Source: Camelus dromedarius (taxonomy: Eukaryota). From it: DNA of 64,000 nucleotides. Positions 49,564 through 61,998 of this stretch are shown here, piece by piece (position 1 is the stretch's first letter; every line of letters starts with the position of its first letter). Under the pieces are notes generated by a model, which ran no database searches, was not told the origin of the DNA, and saw nothing but the letters and a program-made list of their open reading frames with translations. The stretch is from the NCBI RefSeq assembly GCF_036321535.1, contig NC_087437.1:69690001-69754000 (forward strand), given 5' to 3'. Both the position numbers and the translations under genes were made by a program.

Positions 49564-50783
49564 AAGTCAGTCTTTTCCCCTTGAAACATGGCTCCCGGGA
49601 CTCGGGCCTCAGTCTGCACATGTAGATAAGAGCTTGAGAGACAGTTAGGAGATTTTTTTCTCTTTTGCTTGACAACTGTTTTGTATATTGTTTATGATTT
49701 TGTTTTATTTTTAGTTACTTGGTCAACCTTTAATAACTCTAAGAAGAATTCAAACTTAAACTCAACTCATCTGGCCTTTCTTCTTTTCTTGTATGGCTGA
49801 ACTTTGTACAGGAATAAAATTACGAATGGGCTGGATTTTTTTAGTGGCTGGAAGAAATGCCCAGGCGTCACTGAGGGTGTGATTATTTTGAATAAATCTA
49901 GTCCCAAATCCCAGAAAAGAGCCCAAAACACTCAGGAGAAGCAACAAAAATGTGTTGGCCAGATTTGAATCACAAAGTGTCTCCCCACACACGTTCTCTA
50001 AAGGAGGTGTTGAAAAATCACCTTGTCCTTTTTTGGAGATTTTACTCACGACAAATCAATTGGCTTAGCGTCCCGCATCAGATTTGAAGTGTAAAGATGT
50101 GCCCCCAAATTCTCAGATTTTGAAATTTCAGGATGTTTTATCAACCTTACCCTTAATCGCAAATTCCCTTTTATAAGCATTGGCAGAGCAAAGTCAGTCC
50201 AGCGTTCACATGGATACAGAGTCTCAGCTGTCATCCCGTCCTGGGGTTCAGAACCTGGACCTGGTGTGGTAATTCAAGATTCCCAATCCTGCTGCGGCTA
50301 AATTTTGCACCCTCAGGTCAAACATTAAAAGCCTTGACCCCGTTCGCAAACCAATGTCTTTGATTCAGGGGTATTTCATGCCCTTCTGTAATCCAGACTT
50401 CTATAGTTAATAATAATAATGACAATGTTACCACTTATTGAACCTTTACTAGATAAACACACATACCCACATATAGGATGTGGCTAAAATCCAGGATATG
50501 ACTTTTGTCTGTTATATGAAAAGCATGTAGCAATTTTTGAACTGTGGATCTATTTGCCCATTGATTCTTAAGGCTGATTTATGTTTGCAGACTCTTGCTT
50601 TCATTCTATCTGTCAGTATATAAAGCACTTGCTGAGTGTGGCCATCTGGTGTGGGAAATAGGTTTATCATTTGCATTTCCACAAATAAGCAGAAGTTTCA
50701 TAACTATGAACTAAAACATAATTAATGATTTTGCTGATTATTCTTCCCTGGACTAGCCATTAACCGAAGTAGCCTCCTCTGCA

Positions 50784-50786
<3 letters not shown>

Positions 50787-50838
<52 letters not shown>
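50787..50838. repeat. (AT)26 microsatellite
   Basis: Perfect dinucleotide run. Confidence 0.98.
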
Positions 50839-50842
<4 letters not shown>

Positions 50843-52249
50843 GCATACACACTTGTGTTGATTCCCCAGCTATCAGCCATTTATCTTTGTATTTTTTCAA
50901 GCCTATTTATTTACTCCCAAAACCATTTATGAAAAGAGCAAGTCATATACACACATCAAAGAGCTATATGAGAGCACTTAATAAATAATAATTGATAGAG
51001 ATGAAAATAGCTTTAACAGATCCACTAAATACATTTCAAATATGTAATAATAATTCTATTAAAAATAAAATGAAAGATTATTAACAGTCATACTGGGATT
51101 CCCTATATATATAACATAGACTAGCATGTGAAAGTGACAGTTAATTCTCGATTGTGTACATCAAAAGACCTATAACGTATGTATATCATATGTGTAAATA
51201 TGAATATGCATATAAAAGATATTTATCTGCATATATGTATGTACATACATCAGCAAGAACGTTATATGTGAACATATATATCTAGGTTCATATATGCATA
51301 GATCATATTTTTCAATGATGGAGTTTTTGTTTTTTCAAATACTACCCTTCAAATAAAATGATAAGACTAGACTTTTCAGATTCCGCCAGGTACCACTCAA
51401 CTCCAAGATGTCTGAAAGATAATCTGGCCTGTCCCAGCACTAAAAATGAGATTAAGGAAATAGGCAGAACTGACTCCTTCTGAAAACCTTCTGCTTCACA
51501 GTATCCCTGGGGCGAAACAAAAATCAGTCTTGCTTAACCCTTCAATGTGTGTGCAGTCTTTCTCTGTTTCAGAAGCGTCACGGACACACCAATCCAAACA
51601 AACGTGCCAAAGAGCTCATGACATCTAAAGCGTCTAGAGGAACTAAGACCACAGGGAAACACGCTGCCGCCAGGCCGGAAGCCCGGGGACGTTGCCATTA
51701 AAAGCTTAACGTTCCCCAAAAGCCAAAAAGGCTTAGGAAGAACACTGAGCTAAGACTCAGGACACCTGGATTCCGGTGCCTGGTCAATAATTACTAATCA
51801 GGTGCTTTATGCAGGATGCATGATCTTCCTGAACCTTAATTCCTCTAGATAAGCATGAACCTGAGGGCAGCTACAGTGCCTTGTATTAATATGGTTCTGC
51901 ATCCATTCAGAAAATTAAGGAATTGATTGAATATTTAAATTACTTATTCTGTGTTTCCCTAGCTTTGCATATAATAAAGCTCATTTTATATCATAACTCT
52001 GCTGTTCAAACTCTGTATATATTCATATTTTTATATTAAGTCATATTTTTTAATATTCTCAACAAGACAATCTAGTAAAGAAATCTTCTGCTGAAAATCA
52101 TTTTTTCAAAGATAATGGATGGCTTCCTGTCATTTTGTTTGTCCTGGCTACTGTTTTAAACCCAGATTTCATTTGCCGAATGTTTGACAGGAGACTCACC
52201 AGCACCCCTTCCCGGTGTAGCCTCACCTCATGCAGTGCGGACAGGCAAA

Positions 52250-52450
52250 GGCCCGGCACCAGCCACTGGGGTGAGCCCCAGCCCCTCTGCTTACTGGCTG
52301 TGTGCACTCATGAGACAAGCTTAACCTTGCTGTGCCCCCTCATCTCACTAGGAAACAGGGTTCATTCAGTACCTGCCTCATAGCATGGTCATGTGCTTCT
52401 ATCTGTGAAGCATTTGTAACAGTACTTGTAGTAAGTGCTGTGTAATTGTT
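52250..52450 (+). mobile_element. MIR SINE remnant
   Basis: ccagcccctctgcttactggctgtgtg...acaagcttaacctt...gtacctgcctcatagcatggtcatgtg...tgtgaagcattt. Confidence 0.6.
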
Positions 52451-52637
52451 TCTTGGTTGTGTTTGGTTGTGGCTGTTCCTCTTATTACGTACATGAAACA
52501 GAGATTAGGAGAACATTCTTGAATTCAGCATTTTCCCTGTTATTTTACCTCTGACCTGGTATGTTGGTAGACAATTTTGGAAACATTCACATACCAGAGG
52601 ATGATTCCACTGCACTTGAAAACCATCATAGGTTTAA

Positions 52638-52653
52638 ACACACACACATGCAT

Positions 52654-52685
<32 letters not shown>

Positions 52686-52690
52686 ATACA
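52638..52690. repeat. Imperfect (CA)n microsatellite
   Basis: acacacacacatgcatacacacacacacacacacacacacactcacacataca. Confidence 0.95.
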
Positions 52691-53796
52691 TTGATTTCCA
52701 TATGTGCCCTCAAAACTTCAAAGTGACCCATAATTATTGTCACACTAATTTCTTTCTTGAATGTCATTGTCTAAGCATACAGTCTTAAATCCAAAAGTCT
52801 TTGTTGTGAAAAATACTAATATCTTCTTCTTGTAATGGATCTAAACAAACAGAACTATACAAAAGGAGACAACAGAACAAGCAAAGCATAGGAAACAAGC
52901 TCTTCCCTCCTACGTCTTCTGCCTCAATTCTCCTCTTTCCGTTGGCTCACAAATCTCTTCTCCACTTTCCTCTCCATTCCCACACCCACATCCCACAAAT
53001 TGTGCCCACGCTGGGAAAACCCAGGTAGTGGGAAACCCACAGCTGGCCCCTCCAGGATGAACTCTGGCCAAGCCCAAGTCTCAGTCCTGCTTCTGGTTGG
53101 GACCTGCCTCACTGGGTTGGCTGTTTTGTTTTTGTGGTTATTGTCGTCTTTGATTTTTATTTTTAAAGCATCGAATCAAGAGTTCGGACCAGATGATCCC
53201 CTGCTGCTTCTTGAGACCCCGCAATGAGTTGACTTATTTTCTGCCTTGCAGCTAAGGTGCCACCCAGCCATAAATGTTACTTTGAAACAATTCTTCTCTC
53301 CATTAACAAATGAATAACTACTGACTCCCCCCTGAGAAATGAGAGTCACAGACTGGCTCCATGTTTTATCAATGGAGATGCTGTGATGAATCAGCTGGAG
53401 GAGCCCGTGTCTGGCTGCTGAAGGACCCTCACCAGTGCTTGGAATTTTAACTAGAGCCAGCATGGCCCCGCTGTGCGGAGCCGCCACAGGAGGAGGCTGG
53501 ATGAAGAGGAGGCTGCCACATCATGACACACCTCAGTGACAGCCAGCTTTAGGGCCATCTTCGGCGAGAGCATTTTGTATTTGGAAGTGTTTCAACCAAA
53601 GATACCCCTTAAGATCCTTATAGCTCAAAGAGAAGGATTTCAAAAAGATCGTGAGCCCTTCTTGGGCTGTGCATAAGTGCCCTGACATTGAGATGCTGGT
53701 ACCTGGCCCAGTCTTCTCTCTGCACCGTCAGCTGTAACACAGAGTGGGCTGGATGTAACTATTCTCTTTTCTCTCTCTCTCTCTTTTGCACTGCAG

Positions 53797-53894
53797 GACC
53801 TGGGTCGGTGAGAGGAATCAACGGATCCATCAGTCTGGCCGTACCACTGTGGCTGCTGGCAGCATCTCTGCTCTGCCTTCTCAGCAAATGTTAA
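53797..53894 (+). CDS. LSAMP: LSAMP terminal coding exon (exon 7): GPI-anchor signal
   Basis: Long CT tract then ctgcag|GA. Encodes (R/G)[31 protein letters not shown]: small-residue omega region (N-G-S), spacer and hydrophobic tail. TAA at 53892-53894 is followed directly by TAG. Confidence 0.98.
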
Positions 53895-53897
53895 TAG

Positions 53898-54080
53898 AAT
53901 AAAAATTTAAAAATAATTAAAAACACACACACACAAAAATGCGTCACACAGGATACAGAGAGAGCGAGATGGGGGGAGACTGTTTATTTCACAACTTTGT
54001 GTGTTTGTAAATGAAGGGGGAAATAAGAATACAAAGGAGAAAAAACAGCATTTAAAACGATTTCACAGTCCATCAATAAA
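53898..54080 (+). terminator. Proximal poly(A) signal candidates
   Basis: AATAAA at 53898-53903 (just after the stop) and at 54075-54080. Confidence 0.4.
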
Positions 54081-56027
54081 AATTGGAGTATAATTCAGGG
54101 TGGGAAAAGTTCTCCCAGGGTATGTGTGTATCTAAGCAAATGTACACTGTATACAGACGCCATCGTGGTAAGGAGATCCCAGCGTTGTAAAAATAAGAAG
54201 CACCAGATGGATATGAACCCCCTACACACACACTTACTCCTTCCTTCATCCTTTTTCATCCGTGGGGAAAGAAAAAATAAGGTCTTGCCTTTGGTGTTTG
54301 TATTTCCATCCTCATTTTATTGTTTTTTATTTGAGCTGACTCGTAGCCATTCAGACCATCTTTGGGATCCATGCTGGAGTCTTGCGTTGAGCCTTTAGCT
54401 GGCTCTCCTGCCTCCACTCTCTCTCCAAGTTCTAAGACCATCTCCTTTCCCTCCAGGGCGTTCTATCTCCCGCACAGCTGCCCCGATAGCCCCTTTTGCC
54501 CTCACGGCCCGCCGCTTCCCCTCGCTCCCGCCGCCCCCGGGGCACCAGCCACGCCGCAGATGCCAGGAAGCGTGCGCTTTACCTCTCCCCTCCGCGCGCC
54601 GGGCCGTCTCTCGCTCTCAGCGTGGGTGTGTGTGCGTGTGCGTGTGAGCGTGTGCGTCTCTCTCTAAAGCATGCCGAGGGAATGGTCCACGTGTACATAG
54701 ACTCATTGTGCTGTAGATACTGTCCCTCTTTGTGATCTTGAGATGCGGCTGTGCCACGGTGCCGGGGCACGCGATGGGGCAGGAGGCAAGGAGCAGGGTC
54801 CCTCCCCCATCACGGCGCTCACGGGACATCAGCGTGTGTTCAGACCGAGCTATGCCCCGCCTCCGGGCAGGACCTCATACTCCTCCTAGTCCGGTCATCA
54901 GAACCCAGTCCAGAGTCACTCAGATTATCACTGTAAATGAAAGTGCCTACTATTGACGGGGTGAGCAAACAGCAGAAAGGATCAGTGATGTGGATGAGGT
55001 GACCTAGGATAGAAGGTTTCTGATTTCACTCTTGTTTCACGAGTCTGAGGGATTCACGTATTTCCTGGCTTTTTGCAGACTTGGTCCTGCTCAGCTGCAG
55101 GAATGAGTAGCATGTGTTGAGTAAATTCCCTGAAGCAGGAAGATCTCCAAGCATTAACGTCTAAGGAAAGTGTGATGAGTTGCATGGAGATCACGTGGCT
55201 GTTTTGCCCTGTTCTGCCCCCTCCCTGATCTTCAGATAACACTGCATTTGCCCCACAGATTTCCCTGACTAGAGATTTTTTTCCCCCCGATTTCAGATAA
55301 AGTACAGTGAGAGTGAGCAAGGCAGAAACACAGGATGCCCGGGTCCCTACTCACGGTATAAATACTGTCAGAGCTCCAGCACAAAGCACTGACCGTAACA
55401 AAAAGGAATCCACTCTTTGTGCTCCTTTGCAGACCTCTGTCCTAGTGTTCTAGGCTAATACTTTATTTGGTTGCCCCCATTGTCTCCCTTTTGGTCCACC
55501 AGTGGTGTTTACAGCACCACTGTTCATAGTGGTCCATCATTATCCAAGGCCAGGCCACTAGGAACGGCATTATATTCCACCTTTCCTGCTCATTCTAGTC
55601 TCCTGAAAAAGAGACAGTGGGGGATACGGTGTTTAAGTTTACATCACAAGAGTCATCTTGCCATTAACACTGAAATGTGAGTTCATTCTTAACCAGAAGA
55701 GCTGGGAAACTTGTAATAATTTAGGCAAAATTTGTATACATCCCACGAAGCTTGGCAACAGCATGACACTGGAAGGATTTTCTTAGGACACACCTTACAG
55801 AGAGTGTTGGCTCTCTGTGTGTAAATATCTTTGTCAGGAAACCAACCATTGCTTTCACTTAGACTATGGGAAGCACTGGAAATGGCTCAGTTCATGAAAG
55901 GACAGAGGATTGTTACTGAGATCATCATTGAATGTATTTCAGCAGAGCCAACAGGACCTCACCAAGTCTTAGGGCCTGGACCGTAGCTGTCACGTGATAT
56001 ACAACAGGAAACTTCATAACTGCAAAT

Positions 56028-56144
56028 CAGAAAAGGAAGGGAGAAGGAAGAAAGGGAGGAAAGAAGGAAGGGAGGAGGAAATAGAAAGAAAAGGAGGGAG
56101 AAAGAGAGAAAGGAAGGGAGAGAGGAGGAAGAAAGGAAGGAAAA
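56028..56144. repeat. Polypurine tract within the inferred 3' UTR
   Basis: About 117 nt of almost pure A/G sequence. Confidence 0.9.
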
Positions 56145-59100
56145 TAAATCTGAAATTTACCCTGATACGTTTTATTAACTGAAGGCTCTTTGCAGTGAGT
56201 CTCATCTTCGAAGGGAAAGGTCTTGTTGATGAGCAGTACTTTTAAGCTCTTCTAGGGGATTCTGTCATTTGTTTTAAAAGCTTATCACCAGACTTCTCAC
56301 GATTTTGCAATTTAGACATGAAACGAAAGGACACATTGGGCTTGAGAGTGGGTAAAAGTATTTGTGGCAGATCCTGGCATAAGACCAAAATTCTTATCCA
56401 AGATGGTAGCTACAAAAATATAGAGAAGGTGAGCCACATTCCTATGCAGCATCAATTTATGGACAATCAGGGATTTCTCTAACAGTTTAGGCTTCTTAGT
56501 CCAGGAATAAAAGCTTATCATCCTTGGTGATACATATTCCCCATATTTTGAAGAGTCAGCCACAACCTTAAGTGGAAGCTTTAGAGGAGTGCATGCTAAT
56601 TTAAAGATATATAAAAAGAGAAAAGTAACAGGAGTTAATTCAGTTTAGTGTCAGTTTCAGGAACAGATCCCCATGGCATGTCACAGATTTTAATCATACA
56701 CCTAGATTTCTTATTGTCTCTAGCACAAGGACAAGGTCTTGGTTTTACCGAAGGAGATTCTCCATTGAAAGGAATGTCTTTGCCATGTCAGCACCATTTG
56801 TTCCCTGAGTTTTATTATAATGGTCCATATATTAAACGTAATTAAACACTTATTGAATATTGTGGTGTTTGAATATATTGCTGGTAGGATCTGGGAATTT
56901 TGTCCTGTCTCCTGTTTCAGAGGAATTATTGACCCCCAAGAAACTCATAGGTTTGAAAATGTCTTTAAGCCATGTGAAAAGTGGAGGAGAACATTGTTTG
57001 GAGAAAGGTCAGGAGAAAGGTAGGAGCCAGAGGACTGACACCAAGAGACTGAACGTGGGACTTCTTGGAATTGAGTTCATCATAGTGCTATAAATCTCTT
57101 CAAGAATTTTGCCCATTGATAATCAAAGCTTGAAACCCTGCAGTGAAAAGAACCAACAGGTTGGAAACAATATACTGAGAAGAGTGAAATGCATCAATGA
57201 AGCTGAATGGCTAATATATTTAATGTCCTTTGTATGCAAAATGAAATGCCACCATTCACAAAACAAAGCCCTTAGACCCGACTTGCAGTTAACTAAAGCA
57301 GAAATGATGTTGACCAAGGGCACTTCCTGAAGAATGAAAACTATCCTAGATTTTACAACCACGGACTTACATCCTCTGTGCAATTTTGTTCACCAGAAGG
57401 TTTTGCCTTTGTTGGAGGAACAGTCTTACTGGTTTTGAGACATAAAATCCCTCTGCCCTAAAAGAACTAAGGCTTAGGGAAAAGTCCTAGCATTTTCTAT
57501 GGGGAAGAATTGTCCCATTGACTTTGCCTTCTCTTCCAAGTCAGACAGACGTCACCCTTGCCATGAGCATTTTTTTAAACTACATCTTCAGACAATTGGG
57601 GCTATTCCTAGAGACCTTGTGAAAGTACTCGTGATTTTCATGTTCTTGGAGGACAGAAACAAAAATCTGTTTCTCCTCCAGAAATGGACTTACCTCCTTT
57701 GCACACAAAAACTAAACTCCTTAGCATGAAATTGTTCCTGAGTTGTTACTACTGAGTTATTAGCTGCTTAACTGGTCCAGAGCTGCAGACCCCAGCCCCA
57801 GGTTGGTTGTGGTTTGATTGTTTCTATTGGCTTGTCTCCCAGAATTTCCCATTTTGTTTTCTGCCAGTCTTGAATTATTTGTGAAAAAATAATATATATG
57901 TGTATGTGTTTTTTTAATCTTATCTTTGCAGATGCTATATTTACAATATTGTATGTATTATAAGACAAATCTACAATAATAATTTAAATTTAAAAGGAAG
58001 AAAAGTATCAAATTTGGTTTAAAGAAAAGAGCTATGTTTCATTTAGAAAGACATGGGGCCCCATTTTTTCCACCTTGCTATGAGCTGTTTAAAAGGAATT
58101 TGCTGATAGACTATGTCCCATGGGATTAACCATGGCCTTATTTTTCTCTTCAACTTCATAACCTTTTAGCCTGAATTTAGTCTTGGTTCTCAATAACTCT
58201 CATTTTTTAAAATAGAAACATAAGTGCAATGCTCTATCTGACCTACAAAAACAATTAATACTTTGAAGTCAAAGATTAAACATACCACAAAAATGGTGAG
58301 ATAAGACCCTAAGTTAAGAAATACAAATCCAGTTTAGGAAGCCTCCTTCTCTCTTAAGTGTTTAAAATATATCTTCTCCAAAGACTGCATTAGCTCCAGT
58401 GATGTACATTTCTCATCATGGCTGGCATAATATCTGTAATCTCACTAAATGCGAAAATGGAGTTTACATTTATGTGCATACAGTGGAAGAGACATAAACT
58501 CTTCTCTTTTGCAGGGAGCGATGTTGTCAAATGCCGCCAACTGCTATTTGAAGAAAACATTTGTCTTCACCCAGTAACATACAGGACCATCCCATTGGCC
58601 AGAAGGCTGGTGTCAACAGTAGGTGTGGGTTTAACATTTACACCAGCCTAAATGTTAATGGATATTATGGAAAATTTATTTTAAAACCTTGATTTCCTTT
58701 CAGCACATTTACATACTGTGTGCTGATTAATAAATTAGGCACCAATCATGTCTAAATCAATGTAAATCAGTAGTTTATGTACATCACATAAACTATGTAA
58801 ACTTCATTTTTCATGCAGGGACCAAGTTCAGCTAAACCTACGAATCTGAAAAAAAAAAAAAAAAAAGATCAAATAAAAGTAAATAAAAACCAAAGCCTGT
58901 TGCAGGTCAGAATGGGAAGCAGTGTGACTAATGGCGCAAACAGAAGGTTGCTTCAGCAAAAGGAAGCCTACCCAGGGGACTGTTAAAGGTTCACATCCTG
59001 CTCAAGTCACAGGAGGCCTCCTCTAGGTTCCTTCGGGACCTGACCCCAAAGCAGGGGAAGTGCAGAGACCGAGGGCAGAGTTTTAAGGGCTTGTGTGTGT

Positions 59101-59659
59101 GTTGCATCCACTCTGAACTGTCTTTTTATTCCTTCTTACTTACTATCTTAAATAGCTCCAAGGAAGTCACCTATACCTTGATGAGTAAAACACTACTCAG
59201 TTTTTCTTTTCCATCCAACAAAGACATCGGGATAGCTTCTTTGTCACCTTGATCCTAAGAAATTGAGGGATACAAAAACTGCCATATCCTTGAGAAATGT
59301 CTTGCTAAATCATCCTAGGAGATAACTACTTTTGCTTAATCTGGTAGACCTATTTTCTATATAACTATCCTGAATATTGCAAGTGAGGACAGAATCACTT
59401 TAATTGGGAGTATCTCTCTCAGGCATGCTCTCTTGGTGTCTTTCTGAAGTGTCTGATGGGTTTAACAGGATGACAGATCTATGTTTTCTGTGGTCTGAAC
59501 AAGTGGTACTTAGAGTGTTATCAAAGGGATGACTTCCAGGACCACAGGAATTTTCTGCAAAGACTGTTATAGAAAGAAATTTAGGTCAGATTAATATTAC
59601 GCTTAAAGTACACTCCTCTACCCAGGCTAAATGACAACTTTATGAAGTGGGGTAGGAGG

Positions 59660-59830
59660 AAAGCGTACTGAGTTGGGAGTCGGGAGAAGTGGGTTCTAGC
59701 CCTGGGTCTGTGACCTTAGGCAAATTAGCTAACCTTCCTGAGTTCTGGTTTTCTCATCCTGGAAGGGAGGAATTTGGATGATATCTCTAAAACCTCTGAC
59801 ATCTCTAAGACTCCCTGATGCTGAATAAGA
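59660..59830 (+). mobile_element. MIR-family remnant in the inferred 3' UTR
   Basis: ttgggagtcgggagaagtgggttctagccctgggtctgtgaccttaggcaaattagctaaccttcctgagttctggttttctcatc. Confidence 0.7.
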
Positions 59831-61668
59831 ATTTAATCCTTATGTAGTGCTGTGCCCAGCTAATCATTCTAAGCAGCTATTTGTTGCCTCTACTTTGATC
59901 ACCACTTCTCAGAACCCTCATTTTATCATCTCCATTTCAAAAGCCAAAACTTCTAGTATACAGGGTCCCTGGACAGGCTCTGTAATTCTCTTCTGATCCA
60001 AACTTCTTAGCAATGTAGAGAAGGGACACATTCAGATGACGCTGATGGCACTGAGACAGTTGTATCCTTAGTTAAAATATTATGAAATCTAACTGTTGAG
60101 CTATATTCTGATAACTTTTCATAGGAAGACAATGGCCGGGTTGGGTATTAGGCAGGTACCAAGCAAAGAATTTGTGCACGTGAAGGGAAACATCCTTTTT
60201 TTTCTCATCCTGGGCCAAGGGCCTCATTACATTAAGTGGGTGTCCTTGAAAACTCTGCCTGCGCTGACAGCAGTGAGCGTGTGGTCCCAGGCAGATTCAA
60301 AAGGCTGTTCTGTGAGAAACAGGCGAGATTATATATTTTGTTTTGGAAGGAATTTCTCATGGCCCAAGTCTCCCTAACCTGGACTTACAGACTATGAAGT
60401 CAAGTAAGTGGATGGAGTGAAAACAAACCTCATTTTCCAAAAGTACAAGTCAACGCCATTTCAAAAAGACAAGTGGAAAACAGGGCAAAAATAACCACAT
60501 TTTAGCAGGTTACAGGGCTGAATATAATGAATGAGTGGTGGTGAAGGCCAAAATCAGTATGAAAGTTAAGTTCTCAGAACAGAAGGGAAGTAGAGACGAT
60601 GGTTTCTCAGGTGGTTCATGAGGAATTACTATCTCATCCACGTTCCAGATGGAAGGAGCACAGGTGCACTTGTCTTGACCCAGCCTCCCCATCTGTGTAT
60701 CTGTCCAGTGGTAGCTTTTCATGCACTGCCTAGGAGGACAGAGAGAATCCAAGTCTCTGGTACACTGAAGAGTGGGGGTTACTCAAAGCTTCCCAGAATT
60801 AGTATCATTTTATGTAGATAAGATTATACCACGTGCTTAGCGTACGTATGAAGCTCTTGACGTGGGAGAATGACATGCCCATAGGACAACGTCCCAGTTC
60901 CAGGGTGATTTCAGCGGTGTGTCTTTCTGGGAGGTGCTCCTGGGTCAGCTCCTGCCCCTGCGCTCTTCCTCGCACAAGCCCTCTCCACGTGAAGCCAGGC
61001 ACAGAGTAGAAATCTGCTTCTTGCAAAAGAAAAATCACTGGGAACCACTAGCTTCCTGGCATGTGGCTGTCCTTCTAAGCTATCTGGAGCTTTTTTTGAA
61101 CTCACTTCCCTGAATCTTCACTCTTCACCAGAGAATGTAAAAATCTCACCCTGGGGAATTATGGCCAAGCTCTGCTCCCTAACTCCTCACTGGGAGGAGG
61201 AGGAGAGGTAAAGTGAGGACCTTGCCGAAGGGAGAGAAGCACAGAACACCTCAATGTCCTTCCCACTGCTCTGTTGAAGGCTGTATAAGTCCTGCTTTTG
61301 GTTAGATTTCCCCTTATTAATGGTGTCATATGCATATAAATATATATATATAAATACATTCCTTTTTTTCAGCCCTGAAGACATAAACAGAACTTTCCTT
61401 GATGGTACAAACTCATGGCCAATTTTTGTTTGGGTTCTTGGTTATTCAAGGATTTTTCCATTTTTGTTTATTGTGTGGTTTTTTTTCCCCCTGGATACTA
61501 GCTCTATGAAGGAAAATAAAAAGCGCAGTGTGTGTTAAAAAAAAAATGAAAATTTAAAAAAAAAAGCTTTTTTCCTTTTCTTTTAAAATATATTTAAATT
61601 CTGTTTCTCTCTTCTGTTACTTTACACTTATGAATGCTCTGCTCTTCTGTGATCTTAAAACAAAATGA

Positions 61669-61740
61669 AATAAACGTGAAAAGGAGATGTGTCTTCGTTG
61701 ACCTGAGTCAGTGATCTTGTGGTTGACTAGTGTTTCTTGG
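61669..61740 (+). terminator. Distal poly(A) signal with downstream GU/U-rich element
   Basis: AATAAA at 61669-61674, T-rich upstream sequence, then tgtgtcttcgttg...tcttgtggttg...gtgtttcttgg downstream. Confidence 0.7.
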
Positions 61741-61893
61741 AAATTTTTCATGACTGAGATAGGAAATGAAGTCAATGACAATGAAAGTTATGTGAAGAAA
61801 GCGTGGACCAAACACTGAGGAATCACTTGAAGGACCTCAATCAAAGTCCCTTCTGTCACAGAAGGGAATGTGGTATTTATAACAATTGCCTTT

Positions 61894-61998
61894 GGGGGGA
61901 GGATATAGTTCAAGTGGTAGAGTGCATGCTTTGCATGCATAAGGTCCTGGTTCAATCCCCAGTACCTCCATTTAAAAATAAATAAGTAAATAAATAAA
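61894..61998 (+). mobile_element. tRNA-Ala-derived SINE (Vic-1-like), short form
   Basis: Box A 61906-61917, box B 61949-61959, tRNA-Ala-like arm GCATGCTTTGCATGC, (AAAT)n tail. TSD tataacaattgcctt (61878-61892) and tataacaattgtctt (61999-62013). Confidence 0.9.

Larger units (their letters stand above)
53895..61690 (+). other. LSAMP: Inferred long LSAMP 3' UTR (~7.8 kb); 3' end approximate
   Basis: Follows the stop codon, is repeat-poor, and ends in an A/T-rich block with AATAAA at 61669-61674 followed by GT/T-rich sequence. Consistent with my recollection that LSAMP has a short and a roughly 8-kb or longer mRNA. Confidence 0.65.

Noticed and set aside
55378..55522. Two further 8-9-bp 3' UTR stems (agcacaaag/ctttgtgct and cagtggtg/caccactg)
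   Set aside because: Stems of this size are expected several times by chance in 64 kb.
58889..58895. miR-9 7mer-m8 seed match ACCAAAG
   Set aside because: A single 7-mer in 7.8 kb is near chance expectation without conservation data.
61897..61970. Apparent tRNA-Ala(TGC) gene
   Set aside because: It has an (AAAT)n tail, a TSD, CpG-decay changes and two homologous copies in the window, so it is a SINE head.
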